The notes below the pieces were generated by a model that saw only the letters and a list, made by a program, of their open reading frames with translations, was not told the origin of the DNA and did not search any database. Source: Tubulanus polymorphus (lineage: Eukaryota > Animalia > Nemertea). From it: a DNA stretch of 64,000 bases. The position numbers and the translations under genes were made by a program. Shown here one piece after another: positions 11,525 to 24,955 of this stretch; the stretch's first letter is position 1, and the number at the start of each line of letters is the position of its first letter. The stretch lies in assembly GCF_964204645.1 (NCBI RefSeq), contig NC_134029.1:21074950-21138949 (forward strand), given 5' to 3'.

Positions 11525-14500
11525 ATGGATCGCGATAAGATATTCGGTAATGCTTTGGTCAGCGACGATGAAGATGACGACCAGTCGTCGAGCGATAGCT
11601 GTGCGTCGGATACCGAGAGCGAAGTCGAAGGTCAGGGCACGATTTCCGTCCGCGAAACGGAGACTAGCGAAAAACAGTTAACTCTTATAGACGATGACAC
11701 TCCAGCTATCGTTATCTGTCCGACTGATGCGATGGTCGAGGCTGATGAAGGAGGTAGGTTTGCTCACTTGAAACATGTGTAAATTGTGAAAATAGCTAGT
11801 GTAAGGGGGCTATATCATCAAAAAGTTTTAACTTAACCTAATAATAATTCTCTAAAATTGATAATCCTTTTAAGTTTCTTTATCTTCAAGACCTGAATGT
11901 CTTAAAGTGGCATTCATAGTCGAAAATTCATGAATTTTTGGTTCACCCATAGGCCTATGGTACCCATTGCGTGTTGCTATCAGTTCATAAAAGATGAATC
12001 AAATGTTTCCGCTATTAATTCGGTAATTTCTTATAAACTGAGGGCTATTTATCAAAGGTGGTGGTACTTGATTTCCTGAAAATGTCCTTAACTCATTAAG
12101 TTTCCGATTGTGTCCTATATCATTAAGTTTCTAGAATTTGTTCAGTTCAAATTTTGAAGCCTAACTATATTGATTACGTTTGGATCGTGTTTGTAGATAT
12201 TGGAGAGGATGACGAAGAAGTCGTTTACAGCGACAAAGAAGAACCTCGTGGTGTCACTATTCAGCTTCAACCGCTGCAAGAAGAAGTCAAACCGATCGTA
12301 ACGAAGGAGGAAGAAAAACCAAAAAAGAAAAAGAAGAAAAGGAAAAAGTAAGTGCCATCAGCTCATCATGCGAACGTGGCCATTATTGTAGAAATATCGT
12401 ATTTTAAATCCCTTTCTGATGAGAGCGTGTATTTCATTATAATGTCTCCGAGTCTACTTTAAACTTGAAAACGAAGACAAAATATTTTTTGAATTTCAAC
12501 TTTCGTGTCAACTAAACTAACAACGAACAGTTGCTCAACTCTTTTGTCTGGTATTTAGATAGATTAAAGCCTTTCAGTGTTAGCTCCAGGCAATGATGAC
12601 GTATATTTGAATTCGTGTGATTTAAAGTCACGGAGCTGCTTTTGTCTGAATGTGAAATCTTGCTTCAATCCATTAGAGGAATTATTACATAGTTTTGTTA
12701 TAGTATTGTGCGTTATATCACTGACAATTTCGGCCTGAATTTACCATAGCAGTTCCGTGACTAGACATAATTCGTGTTTGTCAACTTAGTTTCATTATGA
12801 CAACTACTTACGCGGGGCTCTATTTCGGAATATCTTTTGTAACCGTTCAGTATATAAATTATACTGTTATGAACCTCTGACCTTAAGTTTTATGGTTGCA
12901 TGTATATTACACCCGGGTTTGTAATGAGCATGATTTTATAGCGTTTTTCTGTAATTCGTTCCCAGGTTTTATAACGAAATATGTTAAGCGAAGCTCGAAC
13001 GCAAGAATTGTTATTTATGATTTCGATAATACTGAACAACTACTTGAGTTAACTAGTGCGTGCGTTGTGTTTTTAATTCAGAAGGGATCGTGGGCCGGTG
13101 ATCAATTTCCAAGTTGAAATCATGCCTCGTGTTAGGCAGTTTTTTTCTATGCATAAAAATTCCCGCCAAAATCCCTCTGTTGTCTTCTTAGGCTTTTAAC
13201 GAATTCAGCATGCTCGTTAACCAGCACTTTGTGTTCGGTAACAAAATCTAGAATAGAAGATGAAATAGCCATAAATAGCTTTTAGCAGTACAGCCCATTC
13301 TTTTCATCCGGAATTGTTTAGTCGAGTGGAGACAATATCACCTCGGGGAGCAGCGCTGCATCTGTAGTTTTTTTGTTGTTGTACATTTAAAGTTGGTCGT
13401 GTGTGTATATGACCTCTAGTCGTGTCCATGATCAAATAGAATTCCAAACAAGCCTTATACGACATGAATATTGACATTTTTTCGCGGTCTTATTTATGCG
13501 AAATTTTTACAAATAGAATTTCTCAGCGATTAAGCTCAAATTCATGTTTTTTTGTTTAAATTCATGCTGATGATTCAATCTTTTGTAAACTGTTTGCATA
13601 AATTTCGTATTGGCACTGTATGATGACACGCGAATTATTTGTAGATAGCCTATATAGGCCTGTCTGTTTTTGTTATCGGTTCAATTCTGTCGACGACATC
13701 ATGGCCCGGGTCTCTACGAAAAGAATATTAATTCATGTAACTTTTCTCACGATATTCATCGAAATTGAGGTCATTAGCGAAACCGTTTCCCTAATGAATA
13801 AGCCCGCGTCTATTCATGCTGTATTCAAAGAATTAAAAAGTCTCTGATTATGGAACTGGCAATAGAATGATCGATTATTCGTTATCGCCAGATTTCATTA
13901 ACTTCAGAAATGAGATTTATTATTTCTTACTCTTTTTCAGGTTATTTACGATTTGCACGACCAATTGTAAATATGAATCAGGTAGGTGGATACCATGTGG
14001 GTGGGGTAGGATGGGGCGGGTGTTCAATTAACACTCACAGTAGGGTGACTGGCTGCAAACGTCATTTATCTTTAGGTAACCCATCCCATCATTAACAGCT
14101 ATGATTGCACAGTGATTTATACTTATTTGATTTCGTAAGCCTGTATAATTTCAAACTTCAGATAGTTATAGATTTGGGATGGAATCGGATATAGAAGACT
14201 TAAATTCATAGTTATAGCCCATATCCATTGAGATTAGAGGAAGTCTTATGCATATGCCACTCAGTAAGAACCAATTTATAGGTCTCAACCTCAGATTATG
14301 TCATATTACCCTCAAATTTCAATATTTGCCTTTTTTAGTTTGTTTGAATATGTTTTTACTTGCCTCGAAATAGGTAAAGTAAGTTGAAACATGACATACA
14401 CAGCCACCAAGTTTTATTTTCATACACCAATCATTGGCATTAGAATCAGGTTTCACAAAATGAAAAAAATGAGGAATTTTCAAATGTCCAGAATAACACA

Positions 14501-17500
14501 CGCATTCAGTGGCTATCAATACAAAAACATATGAACAAAGGTCCAAAATTCCGTGAAAGTAAGTTTTGAAGAGATGAAAAGATTTTGTGGAAGGTAAGAC
14601 GAGTATATTGAAACTTGTTGTAATTAGAGGAGACCTTAAATTACTGTTGATACTGAGGGGTATGGGATAAGACCCCTAATATCACATCATGGATATAGGC
14701 TTATACTATGTATTCAAAGTCTTCCGTATTGTTTCCATCCCAAAGTTATAGCTCTGTACTCTTACACAGCAGACTAATGAGGTGACAAATTGCAGGTTGA
14801 AAATATCTTCTTTAATTAAAGATAAATTATATTTGACGTCTTTTCACATGTGCGTCATTGAATTTTAGATATTTACGCGCCGCTAATTGGAAGTTGTAGT
14901 AGATTTGTTTTGGTTTTGTTTATTTTAGTCCGGCGAGTCGCTAAGCGTTTTGGATTTAAGGAAGTGTCAGAGGATGATGATTGGAACTTGTACTGGACCG
15001 ACTACTCAGTTGCTCTCGAGCGAGTGATGGATATGAAGAAATATCAGGTAAGTCGCATAATTTTGATTACAATATTTCAAAGATGTAATTCAAAGTTAGA
15101 GTTAGTATTAGGCTAACAGTGCATTATAGGTTAATGGTTCATATATTAATTGATTCAAATTTTTAGGTTTATTACCTTTGGTAAAATAAGATTTTATAAT
15201 TCATACTCTGATTTTGAGAATAGATGATAAGTTTAAAATCCATTATATAAAAAGTCGTAAAGGTTAAAAGCGAAATTTATTCTACAAGAATTGAAAATCT
15301 GAGACACAACATTTCGGACTCTTTAGAGACCATTGTCATGAATAATATAATGTCATGAGGGGAGTTAAAACATTGAAAATGAACTGATTTTAACTCAAGA
15401 GTTAACTCTAACTAATAACTGTGGAACTGGATCCTGGTGTGCTTGTTATTGGTTGGATCCTTTAGATCAGAATATTCTGAAGTTTTCGTCATTTCTATTT
15501 AGAAAATCAACCACTTCCCGGGAATGAGTGAAATTTGTCGTAAAGATCTATTGGCTCGTAATATGAACAGAATGCATAAACTTTTCCCAAAGGAATACAA
15601 TGTGTTCCCTAAATCCTGGTGTCTCCCTGCTGAGTAAGTACTTTCAACGATTTAGAAGATTTTCTCATTGATTTCTCAGATTTCGAGTTTGGGAATAATC
15701 TTTTCTTTTTGTTCCCCAGTTATGGCGATTTGCAAGCATATGCCCGGTCTAAGAAACACAAAACTTATATACTCAAACCTGAAAGCGGCTGCCAAGGCAA
15801 GGGAATTTGGGTTACGAAAAATGTAAAGGACATTAAACCTCATGAGCATATGGTCTGCCAACAATATGTATCCAAAGTAAGTTTACACAATGTACTCGAA
15901 ATTTGAACTATTCTATTAGGTTCTCGGGCTTCCGTGAGATAGTCTGAGCCTGTGGGTCTGTCGTTCAGCTACTTAGCTTCGTTAATAGTGGGTCAATCTT
16001 GATGAAACTTGGGTACAATGTTAGTATAAGTAGTTGTGCAGCACAAAGAATGGATCCAGTACAGATGTAACCTTGAAGATGACCTCATAACTGAGGAATG
16101 GTTTCGAAATTCTAAAAGTTGTCTTGAAAAAATGTAGCTATTGGCCCTAGATACTAACTACATATCCTAAATGCAATGGGAACTGATGCGTAGTTATTTT
16201 GGAGTTTGAGCCTGAGCAGAGCCTGAGCCCGAGGACCGTAGTCTCCTGTGTCTTGTTCTCATTTCACGCGCGCGGCTTGAAATGATGTTGAATTAAATAT
16301 ATTTGCAGCCATTTCTGATCGACGGATTCAAGTTCGATTTACGCGTCTACACGTTGGTTACGTCTTGCGATCCTCTACGCGTGTTCCGGTTCGTCGACGG
16401 TCTCGCGCGATTCGCCACCTGTAAATACTCAGAACCGAGCAATCACAATACGGTAAGCCACCGGTGGCGTCATACTAGTAGTATATCCCTGGCTTTACGG
16501 TGGAAGAAATGTGGCGGCTTTCGTCGCACAACTTTTTTCACTGAAGTTAAAAGATAATGTCGTTATATTCACGCTATCAAACAGAATGCAGAATATTTTC
16601 AGGTTGGTAAATATTCTATACGCCTTATTTCGTCGCTGCTTCGTCGTTCAAAGTTTTCTCAATATACAGTGCAGCAAAATCTTCTTCATGAATATGTGAC
16701 AAAAAAAGCAAAACGTTTTAATTGAGTTTCATCAAAAGATGTTATTTCTATCACAGGGTGGCCAGTGACCTGAAAAACCTATCTTACTATTGAATTTAAG
16801 TGTTTCTTTATAATGAGCAATTAATGACTTGTAACATTCTTATGAGCAATTAATGACATCCTAAACCTAGAAATTTCTTTGATCTACTCGGGGAATTTTT
16901 TGTAAACGCATGGAAAAATCAGGGAAAACTCGGGGGATTTGTAAATGGGCTGAAAGTGGCCACTCTGTATCAGTCTTATCTTACTCGCTTGGTTTTGAAA
17001 TTGCTTAGAGTCTGCATGCATGTTGTTTGGTGCATTGCTCCATGTTTTGAAATATGAGATGTTTGTGTGTATAGCGTGTTGGTGAACAGTGCACTGATTG
17101 CTAATTACTTATTATGCATTCCAGGAAAATGTCTATATGCATTTAACGAACTACGCTATCAATAAACACAGTGACGATTTCGTCAGGGATGATGAAGCTG
17201 GCAGCAAAAGGTGTGTAAGCAAGCAAACAATAGCTAACATCAAGTTGGAGAGTTCCCAGAAAAAATGGGGCTAGTCGCTCAAAAGTTGGTTAAAAATAAC
17301 TGGCGGATAAATACATTGGTAAAATCAACTTTTAATCGTCATCCGCAGGTTAAATAATTCTAACTACCGGTAACTTTTGAGCTACTGGCTCCTGATATAG
17401 GGTCTAGTTAATGCTATCAGAGATCTCAGCGAAAGGCAAAACTTTCAAAAGAATGATAAAACTGATTGTCGGGGACAGTACCTGATAAGGCCTCACTGGC

Positions 17501-20500
17501 TCTGATGGGGTTTTTGGTGCTATAGAAAATCTATTGCTGTCCCTGAAACAATTTATGCTGTCCCTCAAAAAATTGTTCTAATTCTTCATTTTTGCTGATT
17601 ATGTCCCAGAAAAATTGTCTTTTTTGTGTCTTTGATGTAGTTATAGATGAATTGACACGTCTGCTATATATATATTGTTAAGATAATGTAATCATTTTCA
17701 GACGAATTACAACAATAAATAAATGGTGGAAAGAGAAAGGTTACGACGTGGATAAAATCTGGAACGACGTCGATGATGTCATCACTAAAACGCTTATATC
17801 CGCTCACCCAATACTGAAACATAATTACAGAACGTGCTTCCCGAATCATGTGAAGGGTAGCGGATGTTTCGAGATCCTCGGATTTGATATCATGTTCGAT
17901 CGACGACTGAAGCCTACGGTGCTAGAGGTAATAATTCTACGAAGTTTAATCGTTCTTTGGTGATCGAGACGCTGCCATAGTTTGAGTTTGTGAGAGTTCA
18001 TTCCGAAGAAATTGCTTATCGTCACAGGTAATAAGCATAGTAACAATATCAATCTCTCTTTAAGGTCAATCATTCGCCGAGTTTTCACACCGATGCTAAA
18101 CTAGACAAAGAGATTAAAGAAGCACTGCTCTGGGATACGGTAAACCTCGTTAACTTCGGAGCGGTCGACAAGAGAAAATGTATCGAGGAAGAACGCCGAC
18201 GAATTAAAGATCGTCTGTTTCAACGTCAAAATCGAAAAGAAACAAAGTACGTATGTCTTTCAACTCTATTACTGCTCAGGTGAACTTGGTTTATCGTAGT
18301 TGGTCGACTATTAGCGAACTAAGTGAAACCGAACTAAGTGAAACCGAACTAAGTGAAACTGAATGTTAATCAGAACAATAGTCGGAAAAAGTCAACCACA
18401 GAACTGAGCACAGTTTGTAGTTCAGACATATTTCTAAGATGGTCGACACTGAAATGTGTAAGACCGAACTATAGTGCGAATTGGATTCCAAACTTGTGCA
18501 AACATTTACCTCTTCATTACCATCTAGTAAATGAGCTAGTAACATTTAACATTTTTGAAACTTGTGCATGTATTCCACCTATACTGGGCTTGTAGTTCAA
18601 TAATTATGGTACCATTTTCATGGTTCAGGGATTTTAAAATGGTCATTTACATTTGTAGGGAAGAGATGGATCGCGAAGCTGCTAAATTCATGGAATATCA
18701 GATCAAATACGAAATGGAACATATGGGTAATTTCGTGCGCGTTTATCCGAAAGACGACTACGAGAAATACGATAAATTCTTCCAGCACAGCGGTTCGTTG
18801 TTCCAAGAGACCGCGGCGTTTAAAGCTCGTTCCGAGTGCGCGCGACAACAACGCGAGGAAATATTGCGCAAGAAAGAGAAACTCGAATCGATGTTGAAGG
18901 GCAAAAAACGCGACAGTTTACGCCCGGAAAGTCCCGGCGGAAATCGCAAGCGTCGACCGCGAAAAGCTAGCGTTCCGTTACGGAAATACAACACATCTCG
19001 TGCTGAGGTAGATTTTCGTCTCTTTTATTCCTAATTTAGGCCTCCGCTATACATCGATTGCATATTATTTTGGAAGTATTTCATTCAAATATTATGACTT
19101 GAACATTTGCGTTTGCGACTATATTTTGAATAGAATCAACTTCTAGAAAGGCCCACTTCATTCCTGAATTACTTTGTGAGTAATCGTGATAAAATTGACT
19201 GTTCTGCTTGATGTGGTCGGCTAAGGTTACTTTAGGTGTCGGGTTTTTCAGTTTTCGGTCCGAACTAGATTTGCCGTTATTGATTTTCTATAGATATATT
19301 ATTGTATCTCCTTCCCTGATAAAGGTGTGCTGGTATTATTTTCATTTTATGCGCATGATATGTATGATAATTATACAATATATATATATATATATATACA
19401 TTAATGCTTTTCTGCTTGAATTTGATTTATGTCGATTGATAGCGATATCATCGTCATTTAGATACAAATTATCAAAGCAGCAAATTATTTGCTTTATTTA
19501 GATGTCGCTTAGTCGTATTTGTTTAAGGGGTTGGTTTTCCGTGTACATCATTTAATCGCGTAAAAACCTACGTGTGTTGACTGAAGCAATTATTCGTCTA
19601 GATCGAAATCGTTTCATGTTTATTCTGCGTTGTCTCTCATTAGTTCCCATTTTATTGAATTCAGTTAATGGTGATCGAATTAATTCGGTCCCAGGGGTCG
19701 ATCCAGGGGTTTGTTTACCGTCTTATAAAAAAAAGTTTTAATTACGTCGTGCGGTACTACTTTTTAATAGTTAATAATAAAGGTAATTACAGGATTTTTC
19801 ATGTCCAATTATTAGGACAGGTCACCCAGACCTGGCATAGATATAGATTAGATGATATAACCGAAATAAATCCTGTTCTGTTCAGGCTAAACTTTGTGAT
19901 CTGAAACATAGATTAAACTTCAAATTAAAACCCTTCCAGTGCAGTGTAAAATCGGTGATGGACTTTGCTAGTTTACTGCATTGCCGTTTATTGATATAGT
20001 TAGTAATTAGTTATGATCTCAAAGGCAGAATCTGTCAAACATTGTGAAATATTACTAACTCATGATACATCGCACTGTGGTATATACTAGAGCGCTATAA
20101 CGCCCTGGTGTGGAATTTTTCAAAATTTTCAAGTATCTCCAGCACTTTAGGGTAAGAATAAGTCAGTGCTGAAAGGGTTAATATCTGTTTCAAAAACAAC
20201 GCACTGGGGTTGAATTTTTCAAAATTTTCAAATTATCTCCAGCACTTTAGGGTAAGAATTAATTGTTAGGAAAGGGTTATAATATCTGTTTCGAAATTAT
20301 TTGCAGACATTGAGCGGGCACAGCAGTCGAATGGATCAACCTATAAACACGTGTAAACCAATGGACATCGTGGAAGAAGAGGAATTAGAACGAATCAGTT
20401 CATTGTTACAGCGAGATAATCTCGTGCGAGGCCTCGGAATCGTAGAACACGTTTATCGCCTGTTACACTGTACGCCTGGAACGATGGGTTACATAAAACC

Positions 20501-23500
20501 ATCTGAATCTCACTCTCAGAGGGCTTATAACGTAAGTATAACGAATCCGCCTCACCGATCTAATCAGCTGAGTGGTCATTATCACTTTTATGCCGATGAA
20601 ATTGCGTAGCTGTTGTGATTATGTTTGCGGTTATCGTTTGGCAATATTTTCTCTACAGTCGGTACAATAAAAGAATTTCATTTCGTATATTCATTCTCGA
20701 TATTCGAACTAACTACCCGATAATAGAAATAATGAAGAAATGTAACTTTGTCTACGCGTACTGGGGTTTGTTATGTGTTTTGTTTGAAAATAACTGTTTT
20801 GTTTTTTGTCCGTATTGATTTGTTAATCTAAGCAGAAACAACCGGATAGAAATTTTTGATGAATTTTCTAACTTTATACTTCTTCACTTATCGGGGTACA
20901 GTAGAACTTGCTTGATTAAGATTTTTACAATGCGGATTTTCACTTAATTTCGGATGAAATATTTGGTCCATTTAACCTGGAACCATGTAAACTATTATTC
21001 ATAATTTCGGATTTTATTTAATTTGAAAATAGGCCTATATGGGCAGCCCCTTATGATCCGAATTAAGTGAGTTCTACTGTATTTCATTATAAGATTCGGT
21101 AAGTGTTTAGATTCATTTGAAAATTCAAGAATCTCCATGATTCGAGTATCAGTTGTTTCCGTTTACTATAAGTGATTTGGTGTGTTTTTTCCTAAAATTT
21201 TAATTTGTCAATAGTTGGTGGCACTTAGTGACGTTTTAACCGAGCTCACAGAATTCAGATATCATTACCGGTATCATAATCTCTCACATTTCCAGCAAAG
21301 ACCCGCACAAGTAGCACCACCAGCACCTTGGACGCAACAATCGCACGGTCCCGGGCCTTCGCCTGCTCGCAAAGCGGAAAAACAAAGCGTGTTGTATCGT
21401 AAGAAAGGCTCGGATAACAAATATTACATATTCCACGAGATAGGAGTTCGCCACGAGCGCATTAACTCTCAACAACAATTCTACCATCGGTTACCGTGTT
21501 CATTTTCCAACTCGAAGGGCCCGGTGAGGTTAAAAATGCATCTCTCATCAAAAATTACGCCCAAAGCTTTGCCCTCAGAACCTGAAGATGTATCTAATCA
21601 ATGCGTAGAGGTCAGTTTGTCCTTCCGATCAGTGCCGAATATCCGTGGACACCTGCATGCAAAAATTTGGAATTTAACTTCGTATATGTATTATCAATTG
21701 TGTCCATGGAAAGAGAATCGCGCCCTTATCTTCTTAACCCTCGTAACCGTGTGAATGTAATCATTTTAAGTACACCTGTATATGCCTAATACCCTCAAAT
21801 ATATCTAATCCCTATAGTATGAATACATGATAACAAACAACACTTATATAACACAGTTTACATAACAAATGGTATATTGAGCTCTTACTGAGTAAATTAA
21901 AACTAAGCTCTATATATCAGATACAAGCAGTACCTGTAACACCATACCTGATAATGATTATCTTTAAGTAATCATAACTCTTAACATATCTAATCAGCTC
22001 TGTTTGAGAATTGATACAGTAGATATTCAACTCGATACATTTAAGCATTTAACACTAGTAGCAAACACAATTTTCTTGTTTACCATTGTATTTTTCTCCG
22101 TTTTACTTAAGAATTTTGGAAAGAAAACCTGATTAGATTGTGACAGATCTTTTTGTATGTGGTGATCCACAGTATGCTGAACGATTAACTGCTTTCTTCA
22201 TAATCCATAACATATGTATTTGTTTTCAAAATTCGAATTATCTTGATTTCAATTTCATCGTGTTTTGATTTGTTTCCCGTCCTCGTGCAGCAGAAATGAA
22301 ATTCTTCTATTCTATACTGTAATTTGCTTACTCGTAATTCACTGTTATTTATAATAAGATACCTGCCAAGATAAGATATGTCGAAATTGAGCACTGTTGA
22401 TGTAAAAACGAAGACATTTTCGTTTTAAAATGTCCAGCGATCGAATAATTTACGCTGCTTTTGAAAATACAGGTTGATGATTTGATCAGTCGGGCCAATC
22501 ATCTGACGATCAACGATCACAGCAGTATGATATCGTCGACGTTCAATCCATACACGAATTACGGACGTATCACCGGTGGTAACCAGCAGACGTCAAACAC
22601 GTACACGAGCTGGCAGACGCAACAACGAGCGAACCAGCAACGAGGCCTCATGGCTCAGTACGGACAATACCCCGGTTATGATCCGCGACCGATGCCCGCA
22701 TCGTTGCAGGTATGTTTAATCTAAGAAATGGTAGAATTCTATAGCAAAAGACAATAATTGAAGTAACATTCAAACTTACAGTTAGCCAGACTTTTATCAC
22801 GTTCCTGCTCCTGCACAGGATCCTTACGGCTCCTTGATACGTTAAAAACTCCTCCAAAACAGAAAATCCTTGAAGGTGCTTGAAACTACTTTCACTTGAA
22901 AAAAGTTCCAAAACTCTTTCAATTAGAATTTTTTGTTTAGCTAGTGGATGAACAGTAGACTACCCCTATATTGATATAGTTGGGACCTGGATTTTTTTTA
23001 CCCCATCTGGTGGTTTGAATAGTTTAGGTAGTGTAAAGGATAAAAATTTGCTTACAAAACCACCAAATTAATGGGTTACCGAGATAAGCAGTTCCGATTT
23101 AGGAGGATTCTTCAGTAATTGGGATATGAGAGTGATGCAGACGCTTCCTCGAAATTTGAATTTTTTTTCCTTCAAAACTTATATCCAGGAATGACTGATG
23201 TATAGTTTCCCCGCTATATCATTATCTATCAAAGTTTTATGTAAGTGCCTGAGAGCAGTTTTTTATGGAATAAGGTGAAAATGATGATAACAATTATGAT
23301 AATAAATAATACATTCCAACGGAAATACTTGGTTTTTGTAGAGAAATCGTTATTCGAATACGCGAAGGCAAGGATTTGTCGGCGGAACTATGCGAGGACA
23401 AGGGGTCCCTTCAAATGGTGCTTTGTTAGAAACGGAATCGGACCCCGCTATTCGTTACGGCCACAATAATAACAATTCGCGTATCTCCGATCCAATGAAC

Positions 23501-24955
23501 GGCGTCCAGGGACAGCGAAGAACTCTCAGCGCCAATTCTCGACAAGATACAAGTAAGTTTTCGTTCATGTTGGAGTCGGAACGCCTTTTATTCATTCCGA
23601 CAACTCGAAAATATTTCGCGGACTGTAATGACGACGAAACTCAACAAACGAAGCAGAAATATTCCGACAGCCTTTTAGACTTATCGGATAAGTATTCGCG
23701 AAGCGCGAGTAACTTATCGCAGTCGACGAAAAAATGCTCAGCTCAATCGGCCGAAGATGGTAAACCAGACGCCGACGATACGATTCTGCCGAAGGTTCGT
23801 GAACAGAAAATTCGAGCGTTACGGAAGAAATCGTCGTTGTCGAAGAAACCGAAAACTCGATACATTCATCGGGAATCGTTGACTAATTATTGGGAATATT
23901 CGTTGAATTTCTCGGTGGTCGGCAGCAATTTCGATTCTCTGAATTCGAACGCGATTGATTTGAACAACCGCGATGACGAGTTGCCTCCAAAAAGACACTC
24001 GTATCCGAGTAGAGCTCAACAAAAACTGAGTACGTTACTCAAATAGCAGGACGAGGGAGAACTTGATCGCAATGAGTGGGAAATGAAGAGTTGATAGATT
24101 AGAGTTAAAAGTCCCACAATCAAGAAGCTGCAGAAATATCAAAAAATTATCTTTCCTTTATAATGAATTCGGATTTTAAAATGAATTTCAACTTTTTGGC
24201 TTCTTGATTTGTGTGACAGATCTTATGTGATCTGAGTGTACTGACGACTGATTGTAAGCCTTAGCCAATGAACGGTGATGTACAAATCACATGACTTAAG
24301 TGTTCAGTTCAAAATATTCGTGGATCTTAGGTGTCCTGGGTGTAGCTAAGATCCGACAAACGAGTCTTGGCCGAAGCGGCGACTAGACCTCGCGATCTTA
24401 GACCGAATCACAGACAATTGGATTGAATCTTAAGATTGGACCTGAGCTTGACTGAAGAATCTAATAGAGGCTATAAGATCACCTTCCTGTATAAGTGTAC
24501 ACACTAGTTAGCACATACACAATGCATGCATTTCACTCACACAAGTGCAATGAATTCTATATCCGTTCACTTTTTGTTTTTCAGCTTATAAAACGAAGAC
24601 CAGTGCACTCGCTATATCAAACACTCCTCCCGCACAGAGCAACAACAACAACAACATCAACCCTGTACCTCTGTATCCCTCCATTCATACCGTACAGACG
24701 AATAGTAGTAAATATCATAGTTCACACGCTTATAATCAACAGCATAATCTATCGGTCGTGTCGGCTCCGGCGCCGGTCGTTCAACGGCCCGAACTCGGAT
24801 CGGCGAATTTACTCGGTAGGGGCGGAGCGCCGCTGTTGGAAGTGGCTCCGATGGAAATTCGATCGACGAAGTCTCAACGGATTCGCGGCGCTTCGAATAC
24901 CGTGCGATTAAAACAACTGGAACTTCGTGAAAATCACGCGGCGGTGTTGAGCTGA
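11525..24955 (+). CDS. TTLL6: Tubulin polyglutamylase TTLL6/TTLL13 family
   Basis: Exons 11525-11753, 12197-12347, 13941-13981, 14929-15047, 15503-15633, 15720-15876, 16309-16452, 17125-17210, 17702-17927, 18065-18246, 18659-19007, 20307-20531, (optional ~21215/21296 onward), 22473-22709, 23342-23552 and 24585-24955. TTL-domain motifs: WNLYWTD, KINHFPGMSEICRKDLLARN, YILKPESGCQGKGI, PFLIDGFKFDLRVY, MHLTNYAINK, CFEILGFDIMFD, LEVNHSPSF. Start codon and C-terminal low-complexity exons are less certain than the core. Confidence 0.92.
15918..16238. repeat. Probable interspersed repeat (Helentron/DINE-like remnant)
   Basis: Sub-terminal inverted GTTCTCGGGCT / AGCCCGAGGAC. Its ...TGATGAAACTTGG motif recurs in related form near 46075. 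Class assignment is tentative. Confidence 0.3.
16754..16967. mobile_element. MITE with CAGGGTGGCCA TIR and 5-bp TSD
   Basis: TIR CAGGGTGGCCA / TGGCCACTCTG with a perfect TATCA duplication at 16749-53 and 16968-72. Sister copy at 44259-44475. Confidence 0.8.
17268..17391. mobile_element. Palindromic MITE (GGG..GCTCAAAAGTTGGTTAAA family)
   Basis: Inverted ends GGGCTAGTCGCTCAAAAGTT / AACTTTTGAGCTACTGGCTC. Homologous copy at 60683-60824. Confidence 0.65.
18315..18359. repeat. Tandem repeat, 3 x 15 bp
   Basis: CGAACTAAGTGAAAC repeated three times. Confidence 0.9.
19931..20295. mobile_element. piggyBac-like MITE (CCCTT..AAGGG-TTAA) with a local duplication of its right end
   Basis: CCCTTCCAGTGC ... 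GTGCTGAAAGGG|TTAA (ends 20177). An ~85-bp segment is duplicated at about 20207-20295. A short related copy TTAA|CCCTTTCAGTGC...GAAAGGG lies at 59734-59797. Confidence 0.6.
20899..21079. mobile_element. Tigger/pogo-like MITE (TA|CAGTAGAACT ... AGTTCTACTG|TA)
   Basis: TIR and TA TSD are visible. Related copy at 26513-26673. Confidence 0.75.
22816..23213. mobile_element. ~360-400-bp interspersed DNA-element family (copies at 22816, 51487 and 54831)
   Basis: Shared blocks AAAACTCCT...GAAGGTGCTTGAAACT...ATTTGCTTA(C/T)AAA...CGCTTCCTC in all three copies. Confidence 0.75.

Noticed and set aside
18315-18359. Short direct repeats as a possible CRISPR array
   Set aside because: No spacers, and the context is a eukaryotic intron; simple minisatellite.
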